From Zygnema circumcarinatum SAG 698-1b (lineage: Eukaryota; Plantae; Zygnematophyceae), in the NCBI GenBank assembly GCA_037447605.1, contig CM074822.1:1139492-1203491 (forward strand): a stretch of DNA of 64,000 bases. Direction: 5' to 3'. The position numbers and the translations under genes are program-made. Within the stretch, counting starts at the first letter, position 1. Every line of letters starts with the position of its first letter. Below the pieces are notes generated by a model that saw only the letters and a program-made list of their open reading frames with translations, had not been told where the DNA came from and searched no databases. Shown in pieces: positions 12,549 through 24,823 of this stretch.

Positions 12549-13282
12549 ATCTCCGGCAAGAGAATGAGAGAGAGGGAGAGAGAGACAGACAGACAGGGAA
12601 AGTGAGAGAGAGAGAATAAGAGAGAGAGAAAGCAAAAAACAGAGAGAAAGGAGGAGAGGGAGAGAGAGAGAGAGAGAGAGAGTGAGAAAAAGAGAAAGAG
12701 AAAGAGAGCGAGTGGAGAGAGAGCGCACCCTCTCTCTGTCTGAAGGCAGCAAGCAGCTGAGAGGAATTAGGGTTGGCATTCAAAAAGCTGCTGCACAGAT
12801 CGTTTCCGATATATCGTACTGTATCGTCTGTACAATATATCCAACAAAATAGCTTCCAGTAAGGTACGATACGCTATCCCACACGATATATCCCAGTATA
12901 TTGTGATCCATATATCGTGGTCTCCACTAGGGTTTGCCCTTGTACTTTGTTTGGTGTGAACAAGGGGCGTTGGGATTGGCCACTTGGCGCGCGGCGGTAG
13001 GCCGCGTGTGATTGTCAACACAATGTTTGTACGCTGTCACACTTCGTGTGATGTCGAACTTCACATCATTCCTTTGATGTCGAACTTTAATTCTCTGTGA
13101 TAATCATGTGTGATTTGTTTGAGCTATGGCGCCTCGTGTCAGCACGCGAATCGTTGAATTATCTGCAACCGCAAACTTTCATTGAACTCGCGATGGCGAG
13201 GCCATCAAATTTACATGGATAAAGGCAAAATGTGGAACCACGAAGGACTGGTCACAAAGGACCGAAACACAATAAAACGAAG

Positions 13283-14240
13283 CTAGGAGCGGAAAACTAC
13301 GCCTAGGCACAACAACGCAGCCCTAGAAGCAGCCGCGAAGGTCACCGATGNNNNNNNNNNAGCAAGCTGAAAAAGCAAACCAAACCCACTATCCCCGGTG
13401 TCTGGAGAAAACACATCACGAAGCAACTCATAAACCATGCCCGAAGGCCCCCCTGCAGACAAATGAGGGGAGCGAGTAAGCGCCCAAATGAAAGCGGCAC
13501 GATCAAGCACAAACGAGTCGACAGGCTCAAAAGTGTCGATGAAGGAAGGGACATCCGCAAGCGCATCCGGATGGAGAGTCCGAAGGCGATCCAAAGTGTC
13601 GTTGTTGGCCGGGGCGGGCGTAAAGGGTCAAAGAGCGCGAGCAGCGCGAGACAACTCCCCGCATCGGCCTTTTTGAACTGCCCGACGATGTCGAGCGGAG
13701 GCGTTCGAAAGGGAGGGCGGGCGAGTGGCGGCGGACGCCGACAAGGCACGAATGCGATCAGCGTGCTCGGCCTGCAAAAGCTCCCAATCCCCACCCAAAA
13801 AACGAAGACATCGCCGACGGGTCTCGCGAACGGCGCTGGCCCCACCACGAGGAGGCAAAATTAAAACCCAAAGGGGGAAAAGAAGAAGGACATGCCATGC
13901 AGCAACATCTGATGGATCACACGCAAGACGAGCAAGAGGCAAACGCAAAGCATCACGAACACAAACACGCAAAGCCCGTGGGATACAAGCGTAAAGACGA
14001 GGATGACGGGACCCAACAAAAAACGACCCAAGGACATCTAAAGACCGAGCATACGCCCAAGCAGCCGGACTAGGCCCAACATGCAAAGTAGACCCAGGGG
14101 TGGCATTTACGGGTATAGAAGAATAGGGAGTAGAAGAAGGGTCGACAATGGGGGGGGGACGAAGGGGACACGCGCGCATATCCCGGGACAAACCCGCCCC
14201 CGGACCAAAACAATTTCCACAATGATCACAAGGAACCCGG
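13283..14240 (-). mobile_element. Degenerate RLE-type (CRE-like) non-LTR retrotransposon ORF fragment
   Basis: Zn-finger remnant CDHCGNCF....GLSRDMRAC, then AWHVLLLFP..L..PPRGG, GELSRAARAL*PFTPAP...TLDRLRTLHP and the pre-RT motif SAGGPSG. In-frame TGA at 13630-13628. RT domain not seen; N gap at 13351-13360. Clade call is from recalled motifs. Confidence 0.75.
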
Positions 14241-15346
14241 GGGAGAGGCCTGGGGCGAGCAGCGGGAGGGGAAGAAGGAAGAGGGGAAGAACGGACAGGA
14301 GGGGGAAGAGCAACAGCAGATGACAAGGCAAGGGGGTGGGAAGGGGAAGGGGAACGAGAGGAGCGACGAAGAGGCATGACGAAGGAGAAGGGAATGGATG
14401 AGGGAAGGGAAGCGGGTGGGCGGGGAGGAGAAAGGGGAGGGAAGGGTAGGGAAGAGAAGGGAAGGGACGGGAAGGGGAGGGAGAGGAAAGGAAAGGAATG
14501 GCGAGAGGAATAAGGGTACGGAAAAGAAGGGAAAGGGGAAAGGATAAGGGAAGGGGATGGAAGGGAAGGGGTAGAGGAAGGGGAGGGAAAGAAAGGGAGA
14601 GGAGGCGGGGGGGGGGGAGGAAAGGGAAGGGAAGAGGAGGGAAGAGAAGGGACAGGAAAGAGAAGAGAGAAGGGAGAAGAAAGGGGGGAATACGGGAAAG
14701 GAAGGGGATGGGAAAGGAAGGGAGGAGGGAAAGGAAAGGAGAGGAGGAGAAACGGGGAGGAAAGAGGGAAGGGAAGGGAAGGGAGAAAGGAAGGGGAGGG
14801 GAAATGAGAAGGGGGGGGGGAGAAGGAAAAGGAAGGGGCAGGACAAAGGAAGGGATTGGAAGGGAAGGGATAGGGAAACAGAGGTGGAGGAATAAGGAAA
14901 GGAAGGGAAGGGAAGGGACCAGGGAGGCGACGGGAAGGGAGAAGGGAAAGGAAGGAGAAAAACAGCAGAAAAAGGGTGGAAAGGGCATAAAAGGCGAGAG
15001 CAGCTCAAAAAGAAGAAGCACAAGGACGAAGAGACGCAAAGGGGGAGACAAAAGGGAAAACGCAACACAGCAAGACAAGCTACGGCAGAAAATGTCAGAA
15101 AACAAGGCGAGAAACGTTAGAACAGAAAAAACCGCAGCAAAACAGCAGCAAAACAACCAAAAACAAAAAACAAAAAACGAAAAGAAGCACAAACAACAAA
15201 AACAGAGCAATGCAGCAAGACACGCGACAGGAAAACGCAAAGACAACGACAAGAGGCTGCCACGTGGCCGCGGCAGAGGCAGCGGCAGCAGGCGCAACGG
15301 TCGGAAGCGCCGTTCGCGGGGCGGGGGGGGGGGGGGNNNNNNNNNN

Positions 15347-15378
<32 letters not shown>

Positions 15379-16023
15379 TATGATATGATATACCAGATAT
15401 GATTATCTGCCCGTTGTTTCTGGGCGTTTTATAATTGTGACGCCACGTTTCAGCACGCGATTCGCTGCCCGATACATCGCACTAGAACTCCCCTACCATA
15501 TATCCCGATACATCATGTACTTATCCTACGTACGATATATACCGATATATCGTTTCGGGGTTCAACTGTCATGTGCCGGTTCGACATGGTCACCCGTACA
15601 ATGTACACTCATCATTAAGTACAGTACTGTACTGTACCCTGTTAAGATGAAAGCTAATGAGAGTGTGACACGTCATAGGTTTGACACGTGGCATTTCCCG
15701 GTTAGACCACGTGTACAAAGTGTACATGTGGCATGCTGTGATTGGCCATCCTAATAAGGTCAGCCCTGAATGGTGTCCCGGCCGTCCACGCGCCGACTTC
15801 CTTCCCCCAGCTTTTGACCCGCCGCCATGTCCGCAGGCTGAATGAGAAGCCCGCAACCCCACATCCTCCTGCCCCCTCCTCCCCCATCCGGAGGAAAGGA
15901 AAAAGCAACCCAATCCCCACAGTCTACCCTTCCAAACCATCTTTCGAACGCCCTACCGCCTCAAAACCCCACCAAATAGTAGTATGTAATAAATAAAATA
16001 AAATAATAATAGAAGATTTAATC

Positions 16024-19000
16024 ATGCATCGCAACCCATCCCCTCTCCTCCTCCATCTCCTCCGCGCCCACTCCCGCCCCTCCCTCCCCTCCTCCCTCCC
16101 ATCCCCTCTTCCCCCCCCCTTCCCCTCCTCCCTCTCCTCCTCCCTCCCCTCCTCCCTCCCCCCCTCCCTCCCCTCCTCTCGNNNNNNNNNNTCCCCCCTC
16201 CTCCCTCTCCTCCTCCCTCCCCTCCTATCTCCCCTCCTCCCTTCCCCCCTTCTTCCCCTCCTCCCTCTCCTCCTCCCTCCCCTCCTCACTCCCCCCCTCC
16301 CTCCCCTCCTCTCTCCCCTCCTCCCTCTCCTCATCCCTCCCCTCCTCTCTCCCCACTTCCCTCCCCTCCTCCCTCTCCTCCTCCCTCTCCTCCCCCCTCC
16401 CCCCCAACCTCCCCTCCTCCCGCCTCTTCGCCAGCCTCTGCTTCCGTGCGAAGCCCCTCCGGCCAGTCGGAGCGGAGGCCCTCCCCTTTCGCGAGAAGCC
16501 GCGCTCGCTCGGGTTGAGGCACAGCGGAGAGGGAGAGGGGGGTGCGCCTAGCGTGCACGACGCGCCGCCACGTGGCGCGTACGGATTGGCGCTGCGCCTG
16601 CTGGGATACTATAGCAAGGAGGCGAAGCTCATAAGGGGGAGCAGAGCTCTGTACGAGCAGATAGTGAGCAGGGCGGAAGATGGGACCTTTTTTAAAGGTG
16701 AGGGAGGGGGGTGTTTAGGGGAGTATTTCGTTTGGGTTGGTATTTTAAAATTCAGCCCTTTTAATGATTTGAACCGCCCCATTTTTTGGCTTCCTTCTGA
16801 CTAGCCGATGACTAACCACTGTGTTCTATGTTTACAGCCCTAAACCTGGAGAAGAATTTCCGTTCAACATATTCCATTCTCACCCTTCACATGTGGCTAT
16901 CGCTCGTGCGGATGCGCGGAGAGGCTGATGGAAAACAGGCCGGCCAACTTCTGTACGACATTTTCTATCACGACGTGGAGCAGCGGGTGGTTGCAGAAGG
17001 AGTAAGTGAAAGGCAACACCGACAAACAATGCTCATGATTAAACCACAGAAGATGCACCGTAAACTGATGTATCTGAAGAGCACTATAAACTGAATTGTC
17101 TGTATAGTGAGAGATCTGAATAGCACTATAATCTGAGATATACGTAAACTGAGATACTTTCTCCTTATTATTTAAACTTTTAAGAACAAGGCGTACCCAA
17201 AAGCAGCGTTTGTGTATTCTACAGTGGATTCTTTTGCTGGTAGGATTGAAGATTGTCATTTTCTTGGGATTTCCGGAAAAAATTGTATTGCAAAAGCGTC
17301 ATCAAAAGACGACGAAAGAAAGACATGCGGAATGGCAGTTTGTTTGATTGCGTTTTTAGGGTTCGGAGTTGGAATATCGGCTCTCATTTGTCTAGGGGGG
17401 TTTTGAGTGCGGAGTTTTTTATTGGCCAGATGTGACAAGATTAGGAGTACGGACATTGGGGTCCTGGCAGCTGTCTGAGTTTAAGCTACCCTCATTCTCC
17501 GACAGCTGGCACGCTCTGATTGGTGGATGCCGCCTACGTGGCAGGTGAAAGTGTTGATCAGTAAATGGATGAAGGAACTCGAAAAGAGTTTCTATGGAGC
17601 TGCTTTGGCCTATGACAAGGCGCTGCTTCCCTCTGCTGCTGCGGATGAGCTTCCTCGAGCTTTATGGAGGTGGGAGGGAGGGAGGGAGGGAGTGAGGGAG
17701 GGAGGGGAGGGTAGGNNNNNNNNNNAGGAGGGGAGGGAGGGGGAGGGGAGGGAGGGGAAGGAAGGGGAAGGGGAGGGAGGGAGGGAGGGGAGGGAAGGGA
17801 GGGAGGGAGGGAACGAAATAAGAGGTGGATTTTCTAAGCAGCCTAAAGTGCACTAAAAGGCTGGACTTTAAGAAGTTTGTGCGGTGATATAAGGAGGATG
17901 AAGGAGGGGGTCAGACTTAGGATGTTGCTATACGGGATTTGTTTTTTGAGAAAATAAAACTGCTGTTGGTTTCGCTTCCACCACTAATTCCGTCCGAGAT
18001 CGTTACTGAATTCGAAATTATATATGTATGAAACTTTTCTAAGTCTGNNNNNNNNNNCCCCCCCCCCCCCCCCCCCCAAATGGGTAAGAAAAGTGGCTGA
18101 GAGTTGAAAGCTGTAACATGGTATTAGACAGACCACTTGCTTTTTTTCTATTGGGTGCTGGGAATTCCGAACCTTCAAAATGTATTTCTATAGAATCCGG
18201 AGAAAGCCTTGATTCTTTGGCACTCCACATTCCGAATCCGAAATTTTTCCTTGTCTACTTCCCTTTTGGTTGATGCAGAAATGTTTTTGCTGAGGATGCA
18301 TCAGAAATGCCGACGGGAAATGCTGCTGAACCAGTGCAGGTGCGTCTACTTACTTTCCTTCCTTTCCTTTTTTAAACTTTCTATCACTCTCCCGCCTCCT
18401 CCCTCTCCTCTCCCACTGCTCTCTCCCCTCCCTCCCCACTCTCTCTGTCTCCTCTCTCTCTCTTTCTCTCCCTCCTCTCTCTCTCCCTCTCTCTCTCCAC
18501 CCCCCCATTCCCTCTCTCCCCCTCCCCCGTTTCTATCTCTCCCCCCTCTCTCCCTCCCCTCTCTCTCGCCCCCTCTCCCCTCGCGCTCTTTGCCTCTCTC
18601 TCCCCCTCTCCCCTCTCTCTCCCTCTCCCCTCCCTCTCTCTCCCTCTCCCTTCTCTCTCTTTTTCCCCCCCCTCTCCCCACTCCATCTCTCTCGCCCCCT
18701 CTCCCCTCGCTCTCTTTCCCTCTCTCTCTCCCCCTCTCCCCTCTCTCTCCCTCTCCCCACTCTCTCTCTCCCTCTCCCTTCTCTCTCTCTCTCCCCCCCC
18801 TCTCCCCACTCCCTCTCGCTCTCGCCCCCTCTCCCCTCGCTCTCTTTCCCTCTCTCTCTCCCCCCCCCCTCTCCCCACTCCCTCTCTCCCTTTCCCCTCC
18901 TTTTCTTCTAATGTCATGACTGCATTTCTGACTCGCAGGCTTTAGCAAGATATGTTCGAAGAGAGACTGCTTCTTTAGCGCTCACAGGTTCCCCCATCTC

Positions 19001-19344
19001 ACTTTTTTTTTCTCATTCTTTTTCCTTTCCTTTTGGGCGAAGGAACTCTGTTTCAGTTTCAGTTCCATTCTTCCTTCCTCTCCCAACTTTACCGACTGAT
19101 TTGACCAAAAATAAATAAAAAATTCATGCATTAGAGAAAAGAAGGATCTTTACGATCTGTAGATGCTGTGTTCAGTTTGTTTGTTTGTTGTTTGCTTGTT
19201 TTTTTTTTTTTTCCTAATTCTGTCATCTGAAGTGACGTTTTTGGTAGGGTTTTTCTATGGGTTTTGCTTTTAGATTCCGAGTCATTCATGAAGGGCATGA
19301 TTCGATTTTCGTCCGATTACGGCGAAGGGTTGGAGAAGGTGTAA
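16024..19344 (+). CDS. UQCC1: Ubiquinol-cytochrome c chaperone (CBP3/UQCC1 family); exons ~16024-16697, 16838-17001, 17545-17669, 18279-18339, 18939-18987, 19274-19344
   Basis: LLGYYSKEAKLIRGSRALYEQI, FRSTYSILTLHMWLSLVRMR, MKELEKSFYGAALAYDKAL, ALARYVRRE. Internal phases are consistent. Start codon uncertain because of the N gap at 16182-16191. Confidence 0.88.
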
Positions 19345-19393
19345 GGCTGCGCCGCCATCATAAGGGGAAAAACTGAGAGTGAGTTAACCCCAG

Positions 19394-19425
<32 letters not shown>

Positions 19426-20096
19426 GAGAGAGAGTTAACCCCAGCAGCACATGTAACCATAGGCCCCACTTACTTCCACTTGTATATGAAAAAAATTAGG
19501 ACTTTTTCCACCCATGTTTTTCACAATAATTATAAGCACAACATCAGCCCATCATCAACAGGTCGCTCACTCGACAGTTTGTAACTAACTGCCATTCTGG
19601 GTTTTTAGGGTTTTTAGAGTTTTTAGGGTTTTGTCCCTTCTCTGCATTTAGATATTGAAATTAGTTCAGAAATCATTGCATTCTTCCAAACATGCAATTG
19701 CATGTTGCAATTTTCCAGAGCTCGAGCATTCGGGTTCACATGTGTGCTTGGTCGTGTTCTTTGACTTTGAGTGGTTGTGAGGATGCATGTTGCGAAGATG
19801 TGGTTTGTTCAACAAACATAGCCTCCTAGAGCATGTTTGTGATTTCATGAACTAAAGTGAAAAATGATGAGATGTTAGAAATGGGGAGGAGGGGACGGGA
19901 GAGGCGGGAAAAAGATTTCCTCCCGAAATATTCAAACCACAGGGGGGGTAACCAAAACGGGCAGGCAAAATTTTCAAAAGGGGGGTGCGAAAGCCAAAAC
20001 GCGGGGGTGCAATAGAATTTTCCAAATAAGAGGAGCGAAAATATTGGGGGGGTCTAATGTACCAGGGACGCCAAAAAGTCCGTACAAGGGACTAGT

Positions 20097-21147
20097 AGGA
20101 AAATGATACAGCGGCCCCACTCTTTGGATATCGGCGCCCCCTTTTGGGAAAAATTGTACTTTTTTTTTTTTGGCTAATCACCCCCCTCCTTGGATCTTTC
20201 GGGAGGAGAGATCTTGTAGACAATCGGACCCCGCGCCTCACGCGCAGGATCCGACCGTGCACCGACGTATGGCGCCGCGCATCGCGGCGTGGCCCGCGAG
20301 ATGCGGCGAGCCTACGGAAAAGTTGTCCTCACCTGACCGGTTTGGGTCGAGGTTGCCACGTGGCAGTCTGCCATTGGACAGCCCTGCTGCCGGTCCCCCA
20401 TGCCGATACAGTGGACCCCCACAATATTTTCGCCATGGTTTCGGCAAATACTGGGCGAAAATATTGTAATTTGCAAATATAAGGTCCGTGTTACCAATAG
20501 GCGAGCGGTATTATGTTAGAGTTCATGTCTGTTCGTACGTATCGTATCGTATCGTATCGTACCGTGATTTAGATACACGAGCTCCTTTGGTGCCGTACGT
20601 ATACCGTACGACTTAGAGATTTTATTCGTACTTACTGTACAGCGTTAAAGCGTGACCCATGTTTGAAATCCGTTTCGATAAACAGCTTTTGTATTGGAGA
20701 ATAGGTCAGGTTAGGTTAACACCCCTAATACGTTAACATTGAGTTACCGTACAAAAAGGTGGTTTCGGCAAAATCGGAGCGAATTTCTTGGGGGCCCACT
20801 GTACAAGGTGGAAAATATTATGGGGGTCCACTGTATCGGCATGGGGGACCGGCAGCATGGCTGTCCAATGGCAGACTGCCACGTGGCAACCTCTGACCCA
20901 AAAGGGTCAGATGAGGACAACGTTTCCGTAGGCTCGCCGCATCTCGCGGGCCACGCCGCGATGCGCGGCGCCGTACGTCGGTGCACGGTCGGATCCTGCG
21001 CGCGAGGCGCGGGGTCCGATTGCCTACAAGATCTCTCCTCCCGAAAGATCCAAGGGGGGGGGGGATGATTAGCCAAAAAAAAAAGTACAATTTTTCCCAA
21101 AAGGGGGCGCCGATATCCAAAAAGTGGGGCCGTTGTATCATTTTCCT
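20097..21147. mobile_element. Foldback-like element: ~335-bp inverted arms (20097-20431 / 20811-21147) with nested Tc1/pogo-like termini
   Basis: Arms are reverse complements at high identity by eye. Outer ends TA-CAGCGGCCCC / GGGGCCGTTG-TA; inner ends TA-CAGTGGACCCCC / GGGGGTCCACTG-TA. Confidence 0.85.
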
Positions 21148-22825
21148 TTATAAAACGGCCTGACTTTTAGAATTTGATTGGAACTGACACTGCGTTAATA
21201 ATAGGAATCCATTACATACACAACTTTTTGGATAGATGCACATCTTTTTTGGAAGAATAGATACATTGCTGGAAAGATACACACTTATTTGGCAAGATAC
21301 ATATTTTTTGAAAGATACACACCTCTTGAGGATATATGAACATTTTTTGGATATATACACACCTTTAAATTCCTAGAATCTGATCGGCAAAAAAGATGTG
21401 TATCTTGTTAAAAAAGTGTGTGTATAGCTTAAAAAGCTGTGTATCAAACCTAAAATGATGTGCAAATAGCTCCCCAGTATTGATATTGTAAATTAATCGT
21501 ATTGATATCCATTCTTATTTGGCACATGAAACCGTACAGACACCGTACAATGGGTCCCCTTTGTCGCTTCCTGCCGAAGCCGGCCGCTTGGTTTTGGTCG
21601 TCGGTCCTAATTTGTACAAAATTCCGTATGTCCGTAGGAGATTTGATGTACGAAAATTCGTACGAATTGATTGTCGCGACGTGGCTCCCATTTGCTTCCA
21701 AGTTTTTGGGAGAAATCCGCGACCCTGGAGATCCCTCACCTCCCATTGGTCCAAATCTTACGATTATTGACCGATAGTGTAGAATTTGTGAGTATAGTTT
21801 TGTAATTTTTTTGTTCTCATTGGGAATCACTTTTTACACACCTTTTTGTCTATATACACACCTTTCATTAAAAAAAACCACAAAATCAATTACGACCAGG
21901 GAAAAAAGGTGTGTATATAGACAAAACAGGTGTAAGAATATCGTTTCCTTTTTTTATTTATTTTTATTTTCTAAGCACATTTTTCTACACTACTTGAGGT
22001 TCTCAAACCGACCACGTGGCAAATATTTGTCAGAGTATCCCTACCGTTGGATGGTCCCAATCTTACGATCGTGCAGATCGTACGGACCTAAGCTTGAGGC
22101 GCTTTTTCAATCGGACGGCTGAGATCCGTTCCGTCTAAAAATGGACGGTCCAGATTACGCTCGCTAATGAACCTTCGTCGAATGTCGGCCAAGGACCGCG
22201 GAGTCGCACACGTGGACGCGTTCTACTGGCCGGATCTAACCAATCCAAGACGTCCATTATGCCACGTTGGGCGTTTTTAATTGGTCGGATCCATCAACAG
22301 CTTGCCGTCCATTATGTCACGTGGACACACGGATGTGAGTCCTCGCACGTGTGTTATCTCGCGGACTCGGCCGCGGATGCGCTTCTGTGAGGGCCGTCAC
22401 TTGGCCAGATCTGGACCGTCCGATTACTTAGATCGGACGGCAGAGAGGCCCTCAACGAGGCTTCATTTCCGCCCCTTCGCTCCGATCGTCGCATTTGGTC
22501 GCCTATGACGCTTGCGACAGCTATGCGACTAGTTTTCAGCCAATAAAAGACATCGCATGGTTGTAGGAACGGCCGCAGGGCGTCGCAGGGCTGGTCAAGA
22601 GGTACAAGGGAGATTGAGTGCAGTAGAACAGGAGAGAGGTCTCTGTTCAAGTGGCTGCTTGAAATATAGTGTTTGGAGTGAATTATTTTTGTAGAAATAC
22701 TAGTAAATGTTATAATTTTTTAAGCGTATTGATCTCTGCATATTCTTTTTCCACCTTATATCTCCCAAACCAGAGTCTAAGGCTGAATTTTTTTGGTGCT
22801 TGGGAAGCACTTTGAAGGCGATTCT

Positions 22826-24823
22826 ATGGCGGCAGTGAGCTGCTCTTGGAATGCAGGAATGGTGAAGGAGGTGGTGTCTGTGAAGTCGAGGGCGGCGTCT
22901 TCAGAGATTTCTGTGAGAGGGAAGAAAATGACTATGGCGGCAGCATCTGTTTGTAAAATGGCAGTTTCCGCAAGAGCAGGGGCGAGGGATGCCATGGATG
23001 TGAAGCTTCAGGGCTCGCCTTTCTTGGGAGAAGCGCTCGTAGGAAGGGCTGCCGAAAGCTTTGGATCTGCAGATTTGAAAGGAAGGAGAGGTGATTTGGA
23101 TCAGGGCGTGAGGCGGAAGCGGAGTGAGTGGAAGATGGAGGTCGCTGATCCTCTAGAGAACTATCGCGACTCGTTTGGGAATGAATGCACGCTGGAACGG
23201 AGAGCTCGGAAGGTGAGAGATAATTTTCAATGCTGAGATGTGGTCTGGTCTTGGTAGGTGTTCAGAAGCCTCGGAGATATGTATCTTCGTCTAAGAGACT
23301 GGAGAGGTGTAATGTGAATGAGAGGGATAGAAGGGATCGGGGTTGAGGTTGATGGAAGGGGCTGGGGGGAAAGAAGGGGGAGTGAGGGGGTGCTTGGGGG
23401 AAGCAAAGGGAGAGAATGTGATAAACGGAGAGGGAGAGTGGGCGAAGGAGAGTGGGCGAGGGAGAGTGGGCGAGGGAGAGTGGGAGAGGGAGGAGGAGAG
23501 AGAGAGCGATGGAGAGGGAGAGGAAGGAGGTGAGGGAGAGAGGGTGAATGATGGAAAGAGAGCGTGGGAGATGGTGAGCAATAAGGGGAGGGAGAGGGCA
23601 ATGGTGACGTGCCTGTTTTTCGAAACTTTCTGGCATTCTTTTTTGTAGCATGTCTTGCGTTTCCTGATGGCGGTGTGCTTCTTGCGTTGTGGTGCGCAGG
23701 AGTTGGAAACGAACGAATCGTACAAGAAGTTAGTGACGGCGTTGGAGGACGTGCGCTCGCAGATGCAGGCCATGGTCGCCAAGGAGCTCTACGAAGACGC
23801 TGCCCAGGTACTGTTCGAGCTGCTCTTCGCTGTCTCTGATGGAAATAATCTCGAATGACGTACTTACGTAGTGCTTATTTTTGTTTTGTTTTCCTTGTCT
23901 ATTCCTGTTGCCAGTTCTAACGATGAATCGTTCCTCGTGCATCTACAGGTTCGCGATACTCTCAACATGTTGGAATTTCGAAAGCGACTTCTCGAGCTTT
24001 CTGCGAAACCAAGAGTTCTCTATCGTGTGGGAGATGTCGTCGTACATCGCAGATATGGTAAGGACATTTAGATAAGTGGATATATATACCTGGTACATAT
24101 ATATGTGGTGATCTAGGGAGGAGTGAGTGCGAGAATGAGGGAAAGGGAGACGGAGTGGTTGACATGCCTTAGTTTTTTATTCCCTTTCACTGGCTGATAT
24201 CTTACTCACTTCATCGCCTTTTTGACATTTCTCCTCACGTTCTTGGATGAAATGATTCTCACTGCAAACCTGTCCCCTCCCTTTCCCACAGGATATCGCG
24301 GTGTGATATATGGACATGACCTTCAATGTTCAGCCCCAAGAGATTGGCAGGAAGCCATGAAGATTGATCTACTGCCGGAGGGGCGTGAACAGCCTTTTTA
24401 TCACGTTCTAGTTGATACTCGTGATCGGCCTGGAGGGGTCTCAACATATGTAGCGCAGGAGAACTTGGGGCTGTATAAGCTCGGTCGGCCAGTCCTCCAC
24501 TCCTGGATTCCTAAGGTGAGGATTCCCAGTCTTCACTTCTAAGTTTACATCCTTTTTATGGATATGAAGAAGGCTGTGTATTTCCATTGATGTGAAGATG
24601 TTTCTGAGCTTCAGCCTGTGCTTGAAGTCTGGCAGTTTCTGCAGTATCGCAGGTTTTGTTGTTCCTTCTCGCACCTTCTCTCCTCTCCTTCCCTTTCCCG
24701 CACCCTTTCGGTGGCTGACGCACTGTGCAATGCACTGTGTTGATGCAGTTTTTTGTCGGCTTTCAAGATGGAACATATCTTCCAGGCCCTCTCTTACGCC
24801 GGCTCTATCCTAATGACTGGTAA
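22826..24823 (+). CDS. Plastid-targeted UVR + YccV/HspQ-domain protein (ClpF-like); exons 22826-23212, 23700-23807, 23949-24057, 24292-24515, 24749-24823
   Basis: Ser/Ala-rich transit peptide, UVR motif LEDVRSQMQAMVAKELYEDAAQVRDTL, YccV motif YRVGDVVVHRRYGYRGVIYGHD...QPFYHVLVD...TYVAQENL...YLPGPLLRRLYPND. All phases consistent. Confidence 0.88.
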
